DNA of 64,000 bases, taken from positions 62,001-126,000 of the forward strand of contig NMRA01000432.1 of NCBI GenBank assembly GCA_002633005.1, written 5' to 3'. The notes under the pieces are model-generated. The model was not told the origin of the DNA. It made no database searches and saw nothing but the letters and a program-made list of their open reading frames with translations. This document shows positions 26,293 to 38,200 of the stretch, one piece after another; positions within the stretch are counted from its first letter, which is position 1, and each line of letters starts with the position of its first letter. The position numbers were made by a program, and so were the translations under genes. This DNA is from Phoronis australis (Eukaryota > Animalia > Phoronida).

Positions 26293-29200
26293 GTAATTTT
26301 GCACCTCGGAAACATTCGTAAATAATGAAAAATACGTTTCGATATGTTGTTCATGCTTCTATTTATCTTTTCTAGCATGCTACGGCATTGTGCAAGTCCC
26401 GACGGGGCCATGGTTCTGCAGAAAGTGCGAGTCACAGGAGCGCGCTGCACGCGTGGTAAGGCGGCCATTTTGAAGTTACACCTGAATTCGACCGCTATTT
26501 ATACTGCCATCAGTGATCGAACTTCTCATTTTCTCATGAACGTGATTTCAAGTAAGCCGTTCTTTTCATACTGGAAATAGACATCCCACTGCCTTATAAT
26601 TCAATCAGTTAGAAGTTCAGAAGTAAAAAAGCAGTGAAAGTAGGTCATGTTTTCACATGGGAGATAATTTTCTGTTGGAATCCCCTGTGTTTATTTTGAC
26701 ATGTCTTCTTCCAGAAGTGTGAGCTGTGCCCCCACAAAGATGGTGCATTAAAAAGAACAGATAATGGAGGTAATCGTGTTAATTCATTTAAGATATTTTA
26801 TTAGCATTTCCTCACCAGGCTTACTTTCAAACCATGACTGAAACCGTTCTTTACAAACAATAACAATTGTAAACCCTGAAGATAACTCCTGATGGAATCT
26901 ATGGAAATACTGCCAATACACTGTAAGGATTCACGTGAGCTTTTAAAATTCCAGATTAGTCTGGCAGACACAATCATGACTTCAAAAGCGAGTCCATTGA
27001 AAGCTTGAATTTGTTTTTTTTTCAACTGGACAACTTTTAGGATTTTTCCAAAAGTTAAACGAATGAAATTGTTAATAAGAAACAGAATCTTCAGTGAATG
27101 TTCTGAGCCAGTTTTACTCATTGCTTTGTTGAACATTGTCAGGCTGGGCTCATGTTGTGTGTGGGCTGTACATACCAGAGGTCCGCTTCGGTAATGTGAC
27201 AACCATGGAACCCATTTTGCTCAAGTATATACCTCACGACCGATTCACCAAGGTAGGCTATCAGTCTTTCCTCTTAGACTTGTAGTTACAAATTTGTTTG
27301 TGTTTTTTTTTTCTCTCTGTACATTGTTACTATTTGCAAGGAAACCTGACATTGGACACGTGATTTTGGCTTTATTTGACTGTGCAGGCACATTCAGAAC
27401 ACATTCTTTATCTTAAGTACAATCCTCATTTTTAAAAGAGTTCCCACCATGCATTTTCTTAGTTTTTGAGGTTTCATATAGTTAACATGAAATGAATGCC
27501 TTGAAATCTAACTAAATAAGCATTTTTGTGCCAAATAGTCACATTTTTTTAAATTTGAAGAAAAATTAGTTATTTTCAAGTTTCCTGCCAAAAGATGTAA
27601 TGGGTGGAAGATGTTTGGTCACTTACCAATCAATTGCATTGGCGGAACAGAGGAGATCAGAAGACAAGGATGAGTTTGAGCAAGAACTGGACATTTATAA
27701 TGCTGACAGGGGAGAGTGGATACGGGCATCACACTCAAATACTTTAAGAATCAGACAATGAATTCAATTTCCCACTTCATCGGCTTTGAGGCCGTAACTC
27801 AACCCTCTTGCTTGAGAAATGTTGCAGACATATGTGAGCCACAGCCAACTGAACCAAGGGATGGTCAATATTCGCAAAATAGACACTTGATAATCACTGA
27901 CAAAAGGCACTGTAAACCTTGGTCACTCATATTCACTATTGCCATGATGGAATGAGCACAGTCTAAACACAATACATAAGCCAACGTGTCGTAGGGCCGG
28001 GGTCGAGGGCCTGGCATCACTCACCCTAGGATGGAAGCAGTTTGTTCGTTATATATAACATTTGCAAATACATTTACAAAGTGGCGAGTCCTTCATGGTA
28101 ACGCCGATTTTGTGTTTGGTTGAAACACGATTCTTTGAAATGTGCCAAACAAAGTGTGGTTCCGACTGAATCGCATGTTCCACACTGACATTCCACATAC
28201 TCGTGCGGCGCACAAAGCGATACCATTTCAGCGCAACTTTTACGTATTTAGGAAATTTGAACACAGAGACGTTCCCAGTCAAGTTGCTGTCACTACAGCC
28301 TCTACAAAAGCACCTTTTCATGTCTGACAAAGGCGGCTCTCCGCGGCCTTTCCTCACAGCTCCTCACTATAAAAATAACAACGGCGGAGATGGTCTTCCA
28401 CCCATCACGTACAATTCTGATAACAGAAAAGTATTTTTTTAAATCTTGGCTTGTTTCTTAGCTACAGGTGTACTGAAGCCTATTTAATCTCTTAGGATGT
28501 ATTTAAAAAATTCTTTTTGAGACTCAGGGTCATGGTGGGAACTCCTTAAAGGGAGAAACAAATGGTTTTTGTTGACACCTTTTGTAAAATCATAGATCCC
28601 AGGTTTAATCATAGAAAGAGGTTTTCTGCGTTACTGTTCTTCTTGCATGTATTTGCAATTCATACAACAACGCAAAGTGACATAAACAGCCCAGCAAAAA
28701 GCTCATGTTATGGTTCTGCATTTTCGTCCATTCAGCTGAATGTCAGTGAATTCAGAGTCGAGATGTGTGTTTTTTGCTGGGCTGCTTGTTACTTTCTATT
28801 GTTGCACGGATTGTTAAAAACTCCAGGGCAACAATAATTAACATGGACAAATGTCTCCATGACAACCAAGTATCTATAGTCTTACTCAAAGTAACATGAA
28901 ATACGGTTGCTTTAGGATTGTAAACAAATTTGATTTTGATAGCTGTTGTGCTCATCAAATATTGCCCAAAAGTCTCCCAACAACACAAAGCCCTGCTGTT
29001 TGTTAACACACCCTTTCTGTTGAGTGAGTCACCTGTCAATAGTATCATTTTGAAGTTTTGAGCATATTTATTCAATGTTATGCTGTGTAAAAATGAGATT
29101 GTGTAAGAAAATTTTTGTCAGAATGTGAGATTAATCCAGTGTATAAGCCGGCAGCAGGCCAGACTAGAGTCCTCACTCCGGTCGAAGACAAACTTGTCAA

Positions 29201-32200
29201 GTTGTGCAGGGCCGCAAACCAATGAGAGAATCAATTGTATTAGAAGACCTGCCATAAGTTTACCAAAACTTAACAAATTTGCTGCTTATCTTGCCTAAAA
29301 TTCTGAAAGTTCATGTGTGGGTGTATGGGTGACCTGCTGACACAAGTTTTAATACAGAAAGTTTGTTGACTTCTCTTTAATGGACTATTTCTCTTGGCTA
29401 TCAAAAACAACATTTAATCAAAAAGCACACGGTCAAGTCTCGACAACATAGGTTTAATGTCGTGAATCACATGAACAGATCCACCTTGATATCAAGTTTC
29501 AGAAAAACTGTGGATTGACAGCTGGTTACCTAGTTACCTCGACATGTGAGAGAAAGTCATCTTAATTAGAGTACATGGAGTCGTCAATTCTCATAAGCTC
29601 AAGTGACCGCCACCTGTCGAAATTTCTTGTGGCATGTTCGTCAGTTTTGAAGGCAGAGGTGTTTCCATTTCGTCAAATTTCGCAAAAATCAATTTCTGAG
29701 AAGAACTGTTTCATTATTAGTATGGTTGGCCACTACTGAAAAGTTGTACTCATGGCATTGGTGAAATTACTGTTTTGTAAATTATTTTTGTGTACATCAT
29801 TTCACTCAACTGTTTCAGTCACCAGTCACCCAGTGTTCACACCTGGTTTATGTTCACGTTTCAGGTGTGCTACATCTGTGAACAACACAGTCGAGCTGGT
29901 AAGGCTGCCACTGGTGCCTGCATGCAGTGCAACAAACCTGGCTGTCGACAATTCTTCCACGTCACCTGGTAATTATTCCAAGCTGTGATAGAACCAGTAA
30001 TGTTGCATCGATGGATATTATGTGAGGCCCTGTCGGCGTGCTACGATTTTTGTAAAGCAGTCATCGACCAATGGTTGAGCACCCCTTCACATGGTGGGGT
30101 CACCCCATTGCAGTTGTGCCAACAAGTGTCGAGAGTTGCTACAGTTTGTATGTAGAGTCCTAGTCACTAGTCATGGCATACTGCCGGTGTCCCTGTGATG
30201 AGAACTTGGATGTCTCAAGGAAATTATAAGTAAATGATCTTGTGTATGGATAATTAAGAGGCTCGGAATTTTTGTCCGCGGCCATAAAAATGAATTTATT
30301 CGGATTTCAGCTTGAAAGGGTCCTAAATTTAAGCTATTGACCTTAATAATCTTTGTTTCTGGCCCTAAACTCCAGTTTTCAGTCATTGAGGATGTTTTTA
30401 AATCCTTTTCTCAAAGGTCGCGAACAAATTTTTATCGGCATTTCGAGTTTACTGCTGTCAGCATTTCGGTTTATAGCGATAAAACTCGGGTAATAGTTCG
30501 TGAAGTCAGGGGTAGTTCTGCATTTTTTCACAGGGGTACAATTCAATGCATTTCTTTTGCTGCAGTGGTACTTTTCTGTGCCATCTACTGTTTGAATGGA
30601 GAACCTGCCAAACGGTTCCATCGAGAGGAGGGTAAATATAATTGAATTATATCGTGACTGCTGCCATTTCGCAAGTCCCAAAACTGAGAATGTGGGAAGA
30701 CTGTTTTCAATAGAATTTGGCTGAAGGTCGAACTGTACCAAGACCTGGGTAGCGGAATGCTAGTAAAGTACACATAAAGCGTTATGTTTTGTATGCAACA
30801 AAGAAATTTTTCTGATAAAGATGGACCTGGGTGCTAGGAAAACGCTTGCGTCTTCAGCAAAACACATCAGGTGATGGCTATGAAACCATCAAACATTCTT
30901 TGTAAGTCGTTCGCAGTGACTGCTTATTGACAAGAATTGTTTTCAAGACACTGATTGCTGGCTGAGAACTGTTCTAAAGACACTGACTGCTATTGATACG
31001 AACTGTTTTTAAACACTGACTGCTTATTGATCACACACTGATTGTTAAATAAGAGACTTACACTTGTAGTTTTGCATTTAAAGTTAATTATAACTAAAGC
31101 AAACTTGAAGGTGGTAATACAGTCGTATGCATTGTATTTGATTTCATTATCATGTTGTCATCATGCACTCTTTTGCATGCAAGCAGTCATTGACAAAGCC
31201 ATATATTAGTATTAATTAGCCCTAAAAAGAACTGAAATTGGGTTGTCAAAAGTTTGTATGAACCATGTGCACTCCTTAGTAGCCATTTTCATCAGCTTAT
31301 CTGTTTTGACGTCAGCGTCTTTGTGTGCCAAACTGCTTGAAGGATGGTTATAAATTTTTACAGATGTACTTCTATTGAGGTGTTTGCAATTCACGTGCAT
31401 TTTCTGTCCTAATGCTGTTGCGATCCCAACTGCTATTACGAGAACCAATTATTTTTTTTCTCTCTCTCAATGTCTTTCATTTTCTTGAGCAGTCTGAGAG
31501 AGTACGGCTGATGTTGATTTTGGAATGAGCCCAACTAGTGTGGACTCCCTTGGTTGCAGTTAGGTTTTCTTTGCGTATTTGCCAATTTCACGGTTCTATC
31601 AGGGAGATGACTGCGTTTGCCTTCTTTCAAAAGGATTTGACTGATGACGTGTGCCGTTACGGCGTTTTTATTTCATACGTTACATGATACTAATTAACAT
31701 TATTTGTTAACTAGCATTTTGAACATTTGGCATCAGTTCATTGTTGGCTTAGGATACAAACCATCACATTGTTAACTCAGCTTTTTGAACAATACACTAT
31801 TTCAAATGAGTTTGAATTTTCTATAGGGGAGAGAACTGGCTACTAGTAATAGTAGTATTAGTATGGTTATTATTGGTATTAATGTCATGTTTTAATGCTG
31901 ACCATTGATGTTCCAGTGCCCAGTCTGTTGGTCAGCTGTGTGAGGAAGCTGGACAGTGTGGCAATGTCAAGTATTGTGGCTACTGCGTCCATCACTACAA
32001 GAAACTGGTGAGTGCCTATGGTCTTCTGGTCAAACAGTAATATTATGTACACTTTTTGTTTGTCGTTTTGTGTAATAACAGTAACGTGAGTCAACTGAAA
32101 CTGAATCCATCCAGTTGAACACTAAGATGTGTGCAATAAACCAAATGCAACGAAACCTTATTGAGTGAAAGGAAATTTTTAGAAAATCGGTGGTTTTTTC

Positions 32201-35200
32201 ATAGCTAAACTTGGCTTTGTCATGAGTGGATACCGTGCAATGCATAGCAGGGTGGCTCTGTTTTATAACAGACCAAAAAAATAACAAGTATGTAACACTT
32301 CACAATACTGCAGCAGTTGAATGTTACTTATTTTTTAACCAATGTGATTTTATGTCCAAAAAGAACCCACAAGGGCACTCTTTCTTTATGAGGGATCTCA
32401 AAAGTCCTGGCCACGACAAACACTAAATTGTTCCATGTCATCTGCTATCGACGTAACATGGTGTCAAACCCTTGCATGATTATGGTGTTGTTATCATGCA
32501 ACTCTGTGTTTGTTCTGCAGAGGAAAGACTCCAGTGTTAAAGTTATTCCCCCATTCCAGCCTATACCCAATGACAATGCTACCCCGGAGTCAACCCCAGA
32601 GAAGAAGTTAAAGCAAAAGGTATGCTCGAAGAAAAATCCAAGTTCATGTTCTTTATGCACCCACACTTTTAGATGTTGGTGCATATTGTTGTCATCTCTG
32701 TCTGGGCATCCGGTGTCCGCAGCTGTATCTCTTAAACCCCTTGCAGGATCATAATAAGATGACGTCAGCTGACAACAACGTTTGGGCTGATATGACTGCT
32801 GCAGTGCCCCTAGTGACAATTTTAGTTAATTTTTACTGTTCTTATTCGTCGATTATTTCGGTACTTAATAGATCATGATGTGTGACCTAGAGGCAATTTG
32901 TTTACAGGTGTTGCTCTCTCTTGTAGGAATTTTGAAACAATGAGCACCCCTAGTATCTGCCATTTGCAATGCTTTCGAAGGACACATACCAACATTCTTG
33001 TTCATTAATCGATATTCACAGTAAAGCATTGTGTGAATTTTTATTCCTTGTCTGGGAGGGAGCTGATGTTGTGTCTGTTGAACTGTTGTTGGCTCTCAAA
33101 ACACTGAAGACCGAAAATGCCTAAAGAATAAAACCTAACGTGTACAATGCAAGATATAATTCAAGCATAATTTTAAAATATTGTGGGTGGTTGCATTTTT
33201 ATGCGCCCACTTATTTATATGTGGACGCATTATGCCGTCATCTCCGTCCGTCCGTACGGGCGGCGTCCGTCTGGCGTCCGGCGTCCGCTGCTCTATCTCC
33301 AAAACCCTTTGACATATGTTTGGCACATATGTTCCATTCATGAATGGGACGGCATGTGCGAACTTTCAGATGGATCTGACTACCGGTGTGCCCCCTAGTG
33401 GCAATTTTAGTTTTTTACGCTTACCTTTGTATCTTCAAAAGTCCTGAACAGATTTTCATGAAATTTGGTATGTAGGCACTTATTAGTGAGATGACGCTAT
33501 CCTCCCGTTTTCAGATGGATTCGACATAGTTTGCGCCACCTAGTGGCCATTTTTAGTGTTTTCGAGTGTGTTTTTGTGCGTCAACCCCTGTATCAACCAA
33601 ACCGCCCAAAGGATGATTGTGAAAATTGGCATGTATATGCTTACTATGTAGAGGACGGTTGACGATGATTTTCCGACAATTTCGACTACTGTGGCGCCTC
33701 CTAGTGGCAGTTTTGTTTTTTTTTCGCCCATTGGTGTATCTCCTAAACCGTTCGCAGGATCTTTACGAAATTGTGTAAGTATATTTATATGATGTTAACA
33801 ACGGAAGATGACGACTTTTGGACGGATCCGACTACCGGTGTGCCCCCTAGTGGCAATTTTAGTTTTTTACGCTTACCTTTGTATCTTCAAAAGTCCTGAA
33901 CGGATTTTCATGAAATTTGGTATGTAGGCACCTATTAGTGAGATGACGCTATCCTACTGTTTTCAGATGGATTCGACGTAGTTTGCGCCACCTAGTGGCC
34001 ATTTTTACTGTTTTCGAGTCTGTATTTTTGCGTCCACCCCTCTATCAACCAAACCGCTCAAAGGATGATTGTGAAAATTGGCGTGTATGTGCTTACTATA
34101 AGGAAGACAGCTGACAATGATTTTCAGACGATTTGGACTACTGTGGCGCCTCCTAGTGGCAGTTTTGTTTTTTTGCGCCCATGGCTGTATCTCCCAAACC
34201 GTTTGCAGGATCTTTACTAAATTTAGCAAGTGTATTTATGTGATGTTGACAACGGACGATGACGACTTTAGGATGATTCTGATTACCGGTATGCCTCTAG
34301 TGGCAATTTTAGTATTTGCCTCTAGTGGCAATTTTAGTATTTTACATTGACCTCTGTATTTTCATAGGTCTTCAGGTGTATACTTTGTGTTACTTCGTGA
34401 CTATGAAGGAAAAGTTCCAAGTAGAAATTTATTTCTGGCATTCTAATGCTGTGCTAATCTCGTATGTTGGTAAATTTGTTTTTAATTCTATGTTTCTCTG
34501 GTGCTTTAAGCAACTGATGTGCTTGTATTATGAAGATCACTCACATTTTGAAACCTAGCCTATTGAGGAGACAATGACCATACCTTTCCATTTTGCAAAG
34601 TACAACATACTACATATATGCCCTCTACTGGCCACTTTATGGTACCAATAAACAATCCTAGAAGGATACCTTATACGGTGCAATTGTGGGCGCATTTCAA
34701 CGCTCTGCGTTGCTCTTGTACATTTCAGCGTAATTAAAAATGATGGGTGGTGGGTTGTAGAAATAATTGTAGAAAAATATGGGTGGTGAGTAAAAAATGA
34801 AAGTGCTTCCCCCCTCTTGTACAAATTTTGCCTGAACAGCCCTAAGGAGGCTAAGCACCATTGTCAAAAGTCAGTAGCAGTTAGTGTAGCTGTTAACAGA
34901 AATAGCCGTCATGATAGGAAAATGGTATGTTGTCTGATTACTTTTGTCTTGTACTCTCTGCTTGCTGTGAGTGACAACCCCTGAACCTCACTGTTTTTGG
35001 TTCTTTATTTAGCTTGAAGAGGAGAACAACATTGAGTCTATTAAAAAAGAGGAGGACGTGTCCTCTGAATCGCCCATCAGTGTGGGATGCTTGGAGAGCA
35101 AAATGGACACATCGGTGGAGAACACTAGGGAATGCAAACCAGTTAGTGTAATAACTACAATCAGTGCTGAACCAGTTGAGGATGAAATGACGCCCAGCCA

Positions 35201-38200
35201 GGCACCCTCTGTCTCTCCTCAAAATGCTCAGCATCATGGAAGCATACCTCCAAAATCAGAGGGAGTCAACGAGGCGGTTTCCTTGATGACCCCTGCTGCT
35301 ACCTCTGTTGCCATAGGGACAAGTATTGTTGCCACGCATCAGGTGCCAACGGTGGTGAACAGTGTTGATTCCACAGTGAAAGAGATTGTCGTGAACTCCA
35401 CAGAAAGTGAGCTGGTTCCAGATGGCACCGCGATCTCAGGGCCTAAACCTAAACGTGCAAGGTGAGTGCAAGTGCTTGCAGAAGTGTCAACCTAAATGAA
35501 ATAAGTGTTCGGTAGGACCTTCTTTGCAAGTCATTGTATTGAGCCTAATATTTACGATTTGAACTTGGTTAAGTACCAATATTCTGAATTTAAAAATCCT
35601 TTTTACAAACCCATAATTGATTGGGTCACATGACTATCTTTTTTATGCGTCCACATATCTATATGTGAGCACATTATGCTGTTATCTCTCTCTCTCTCTG
35701 TCTCGTCTGACTGGCCGCCATCCACTGCTGTATCTCCAAAACCCTGCAATGTATTTTTATGAAATTTTGTGGGTATGTACCTATCATAGATGGGTCGGCG
35801 TGAGTAAATTTTTGGACGGATCCGACAACTAGGATGTCCCCTAGTGGCTATTTAATTTTTTATGTTTGCGTCTGTATCTTCAGTGTTCCTTAATGGATTT
35901 TCGTGAGATTTGGCAAATAGCTATCTATTAGGAAGGTGACGCCACCTTCACGTTTTCAAATAGATTTGACATATTTTGGCCATTATTACTGTTTTCTTTT
36001 CGAGTCTGGTTTTTGTCATCTGCCCCTGTGTGGACCAAACTACTGTAAGGGTGGTCATGAAAATTGACCGATATGTGCCCCCTGGGAAGAGGACCGCTGA
36101 CAATGATTTTTGGACATCTCCAACTATATTGGCTCCTACTAGTAGGATTTTTTGCGTCCACGGCTGTATTTGCTAGACCCTCTGCAGGATCTTTATTAAA
36201 TTTGGCGAGTGTATTTATGTGCATGTGAGAACAAGTGACGACAACGTTCAGATGTATCCAACAAGTGCTGTCTTTCCTAGTGGCAATAATATTTTTTTGT
36301 ATGTAACCGAGTGGAGGTTTTTATAATAACAACAATATTGTTTTTTTATAGCAATAGTAATATTTTTCAGTCTTGTTTTTGTTGTGTGCCTCTGTGTCAG
36401 CCAAACCACTCATAGGATGGCTATGTCTCCTAAATCCTGTTCAGGATCGTTAAATTTGTCTAGTGTATTTGTATGAAGGTGACAGTGGGTGACGACGATG
36501 TTTCGACTCCCACTGTGCCAACTTGTGGCAAATTATTCTACTCCATTTTCCTCAGTATCTTTGGAGTTCCTTGGTTGATTTTTTATTTATAAAATTTGAC
36601 AAATATGTTTCTATGAATGAGATGATGACACTTTTTCGTTTTCAAGTGAATTTGACATTAGTGCGCGCCTCATAGTGGCGTTTTTTTTTCATTATGCTTT
36701 ATTCTATTTTTATGCGCCCACATATTTATATGTGGACGCATTATGCCGTCATGTCCTTCCGTCCGTCCGTACGGGTGGCGTCCGTCCGGCGTCCGCTGCT
36801 CTATCTCCAAAACCCTTTGACATATGTTCATGAAATTTGGCACATATGTTCCATTCATGAATGAGACGGCATGTGCGAACTTTCGGACGGATCCGACTAC
36901 CGGTGTGCCCCCTAGTGGCAATTTTAGTTTCTTACGCTTACCTTTGTATCTTCAAAAGTCCTGAACGGATTTTCATGAAATTTGGTATGTAGGCACCTAT
37001 TAGTGTGATGACGCTATCCTGCCGTTTTCAGATGGATTCGACATAGTTTGCGCCAACTAGTGGCCATTTTTAGTGTTTTCGTGTCTGTTTTTGTGCGTCC
37101 ACCCCTCTATCAACCAAACCGCTCAAAGGATGATTGTGAAAATTTTCATGTATATGCTTACTATGTAGAGGACGGTTGACGATGATTTTCCGACGATTTC
37201 GACTACTGTGCCGCCTCCTAGTGGCAGTTTTTTTTTTTTCGCCTATGGCTGTATCTCCTTAACCGTTAGCAGGATTATTACGAAATTTAATAAGTGTATT
37301 TATATGATGTTAATAACAGACGATGACAACTTTTGGACGGATCCGCCTACCAATGTGCCCCCTAGTGGCAATTTCATTTTTTTATGTTTACCGCTGTATC
37401 TTCACAAGTCCTTAACGGATTTTCATGAAATTTGGTATGTAGGCACCTATTAGTGAGATGACGCTATCCTCCTGTTTTCAGATGGATTCGACATAGTTTG
37501 CACCACCTAGTGGCCATTTTTACTGTTTTCGAGTCTGTATTTTTGCGTCCACCCCTCTATCAACCAAACCGCTCAAAGGATGATTGTGAAAATTGGCGTG
37601 TATGTGCTTACTATAAGGAAGACAGCTGACAATGATTTTCAGACGATTTGGACTACTGTGGCGCCTCCTAGTGGCAGTTTTGTTTTTTTGCGCCCATGGC
37701 TGTATCTCCCAAACCGTTTGCAGGATCTTTACTAAATTTAGCAAGTGTATTTATGTGATGTTGACAATGAACGATGGCGACTTTAGGATGATTCTGACTA
37801 CCGGTATGCCTCTAGTGGCAATTTAAGTATTTTACATTGACCTCTGTATTTTCATAGGTCTTCAGGTGTATACTTTGTGTTACTTCGTGACTATGAAGGA
37901 AAAGTTCCAAGTAGGAATTTATTTCTGGCATTCTAATGCTGTGCTAATCTAGTATGTTGGTAAATCTGTTTTTAGTTCTATGTTTCTGTGGTGCTTTAAA
38001 CAACTGATGTATAGGATATGCTTGTATTATGAAGATCACTCACATTTTGCCCCTAGCCTATTGAGGAGACAATGACCATGCCTTTCCATTTTGCAAAGTA
38101 CAACATACTTCATATATGCCCTCTACTGGCCACTTTATGGTACCAATAAACAACCCTAGAAGGATACCGTATACGGTGCAATTGTGGGCGCATTTCAACC

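Noticed and set aside
25923-26468. 181-aa minus-strand ORF
   Set aside because: Antisense shadow of AF10 exons 1-2 and the GC-richer 5' region; no recognisable motif.
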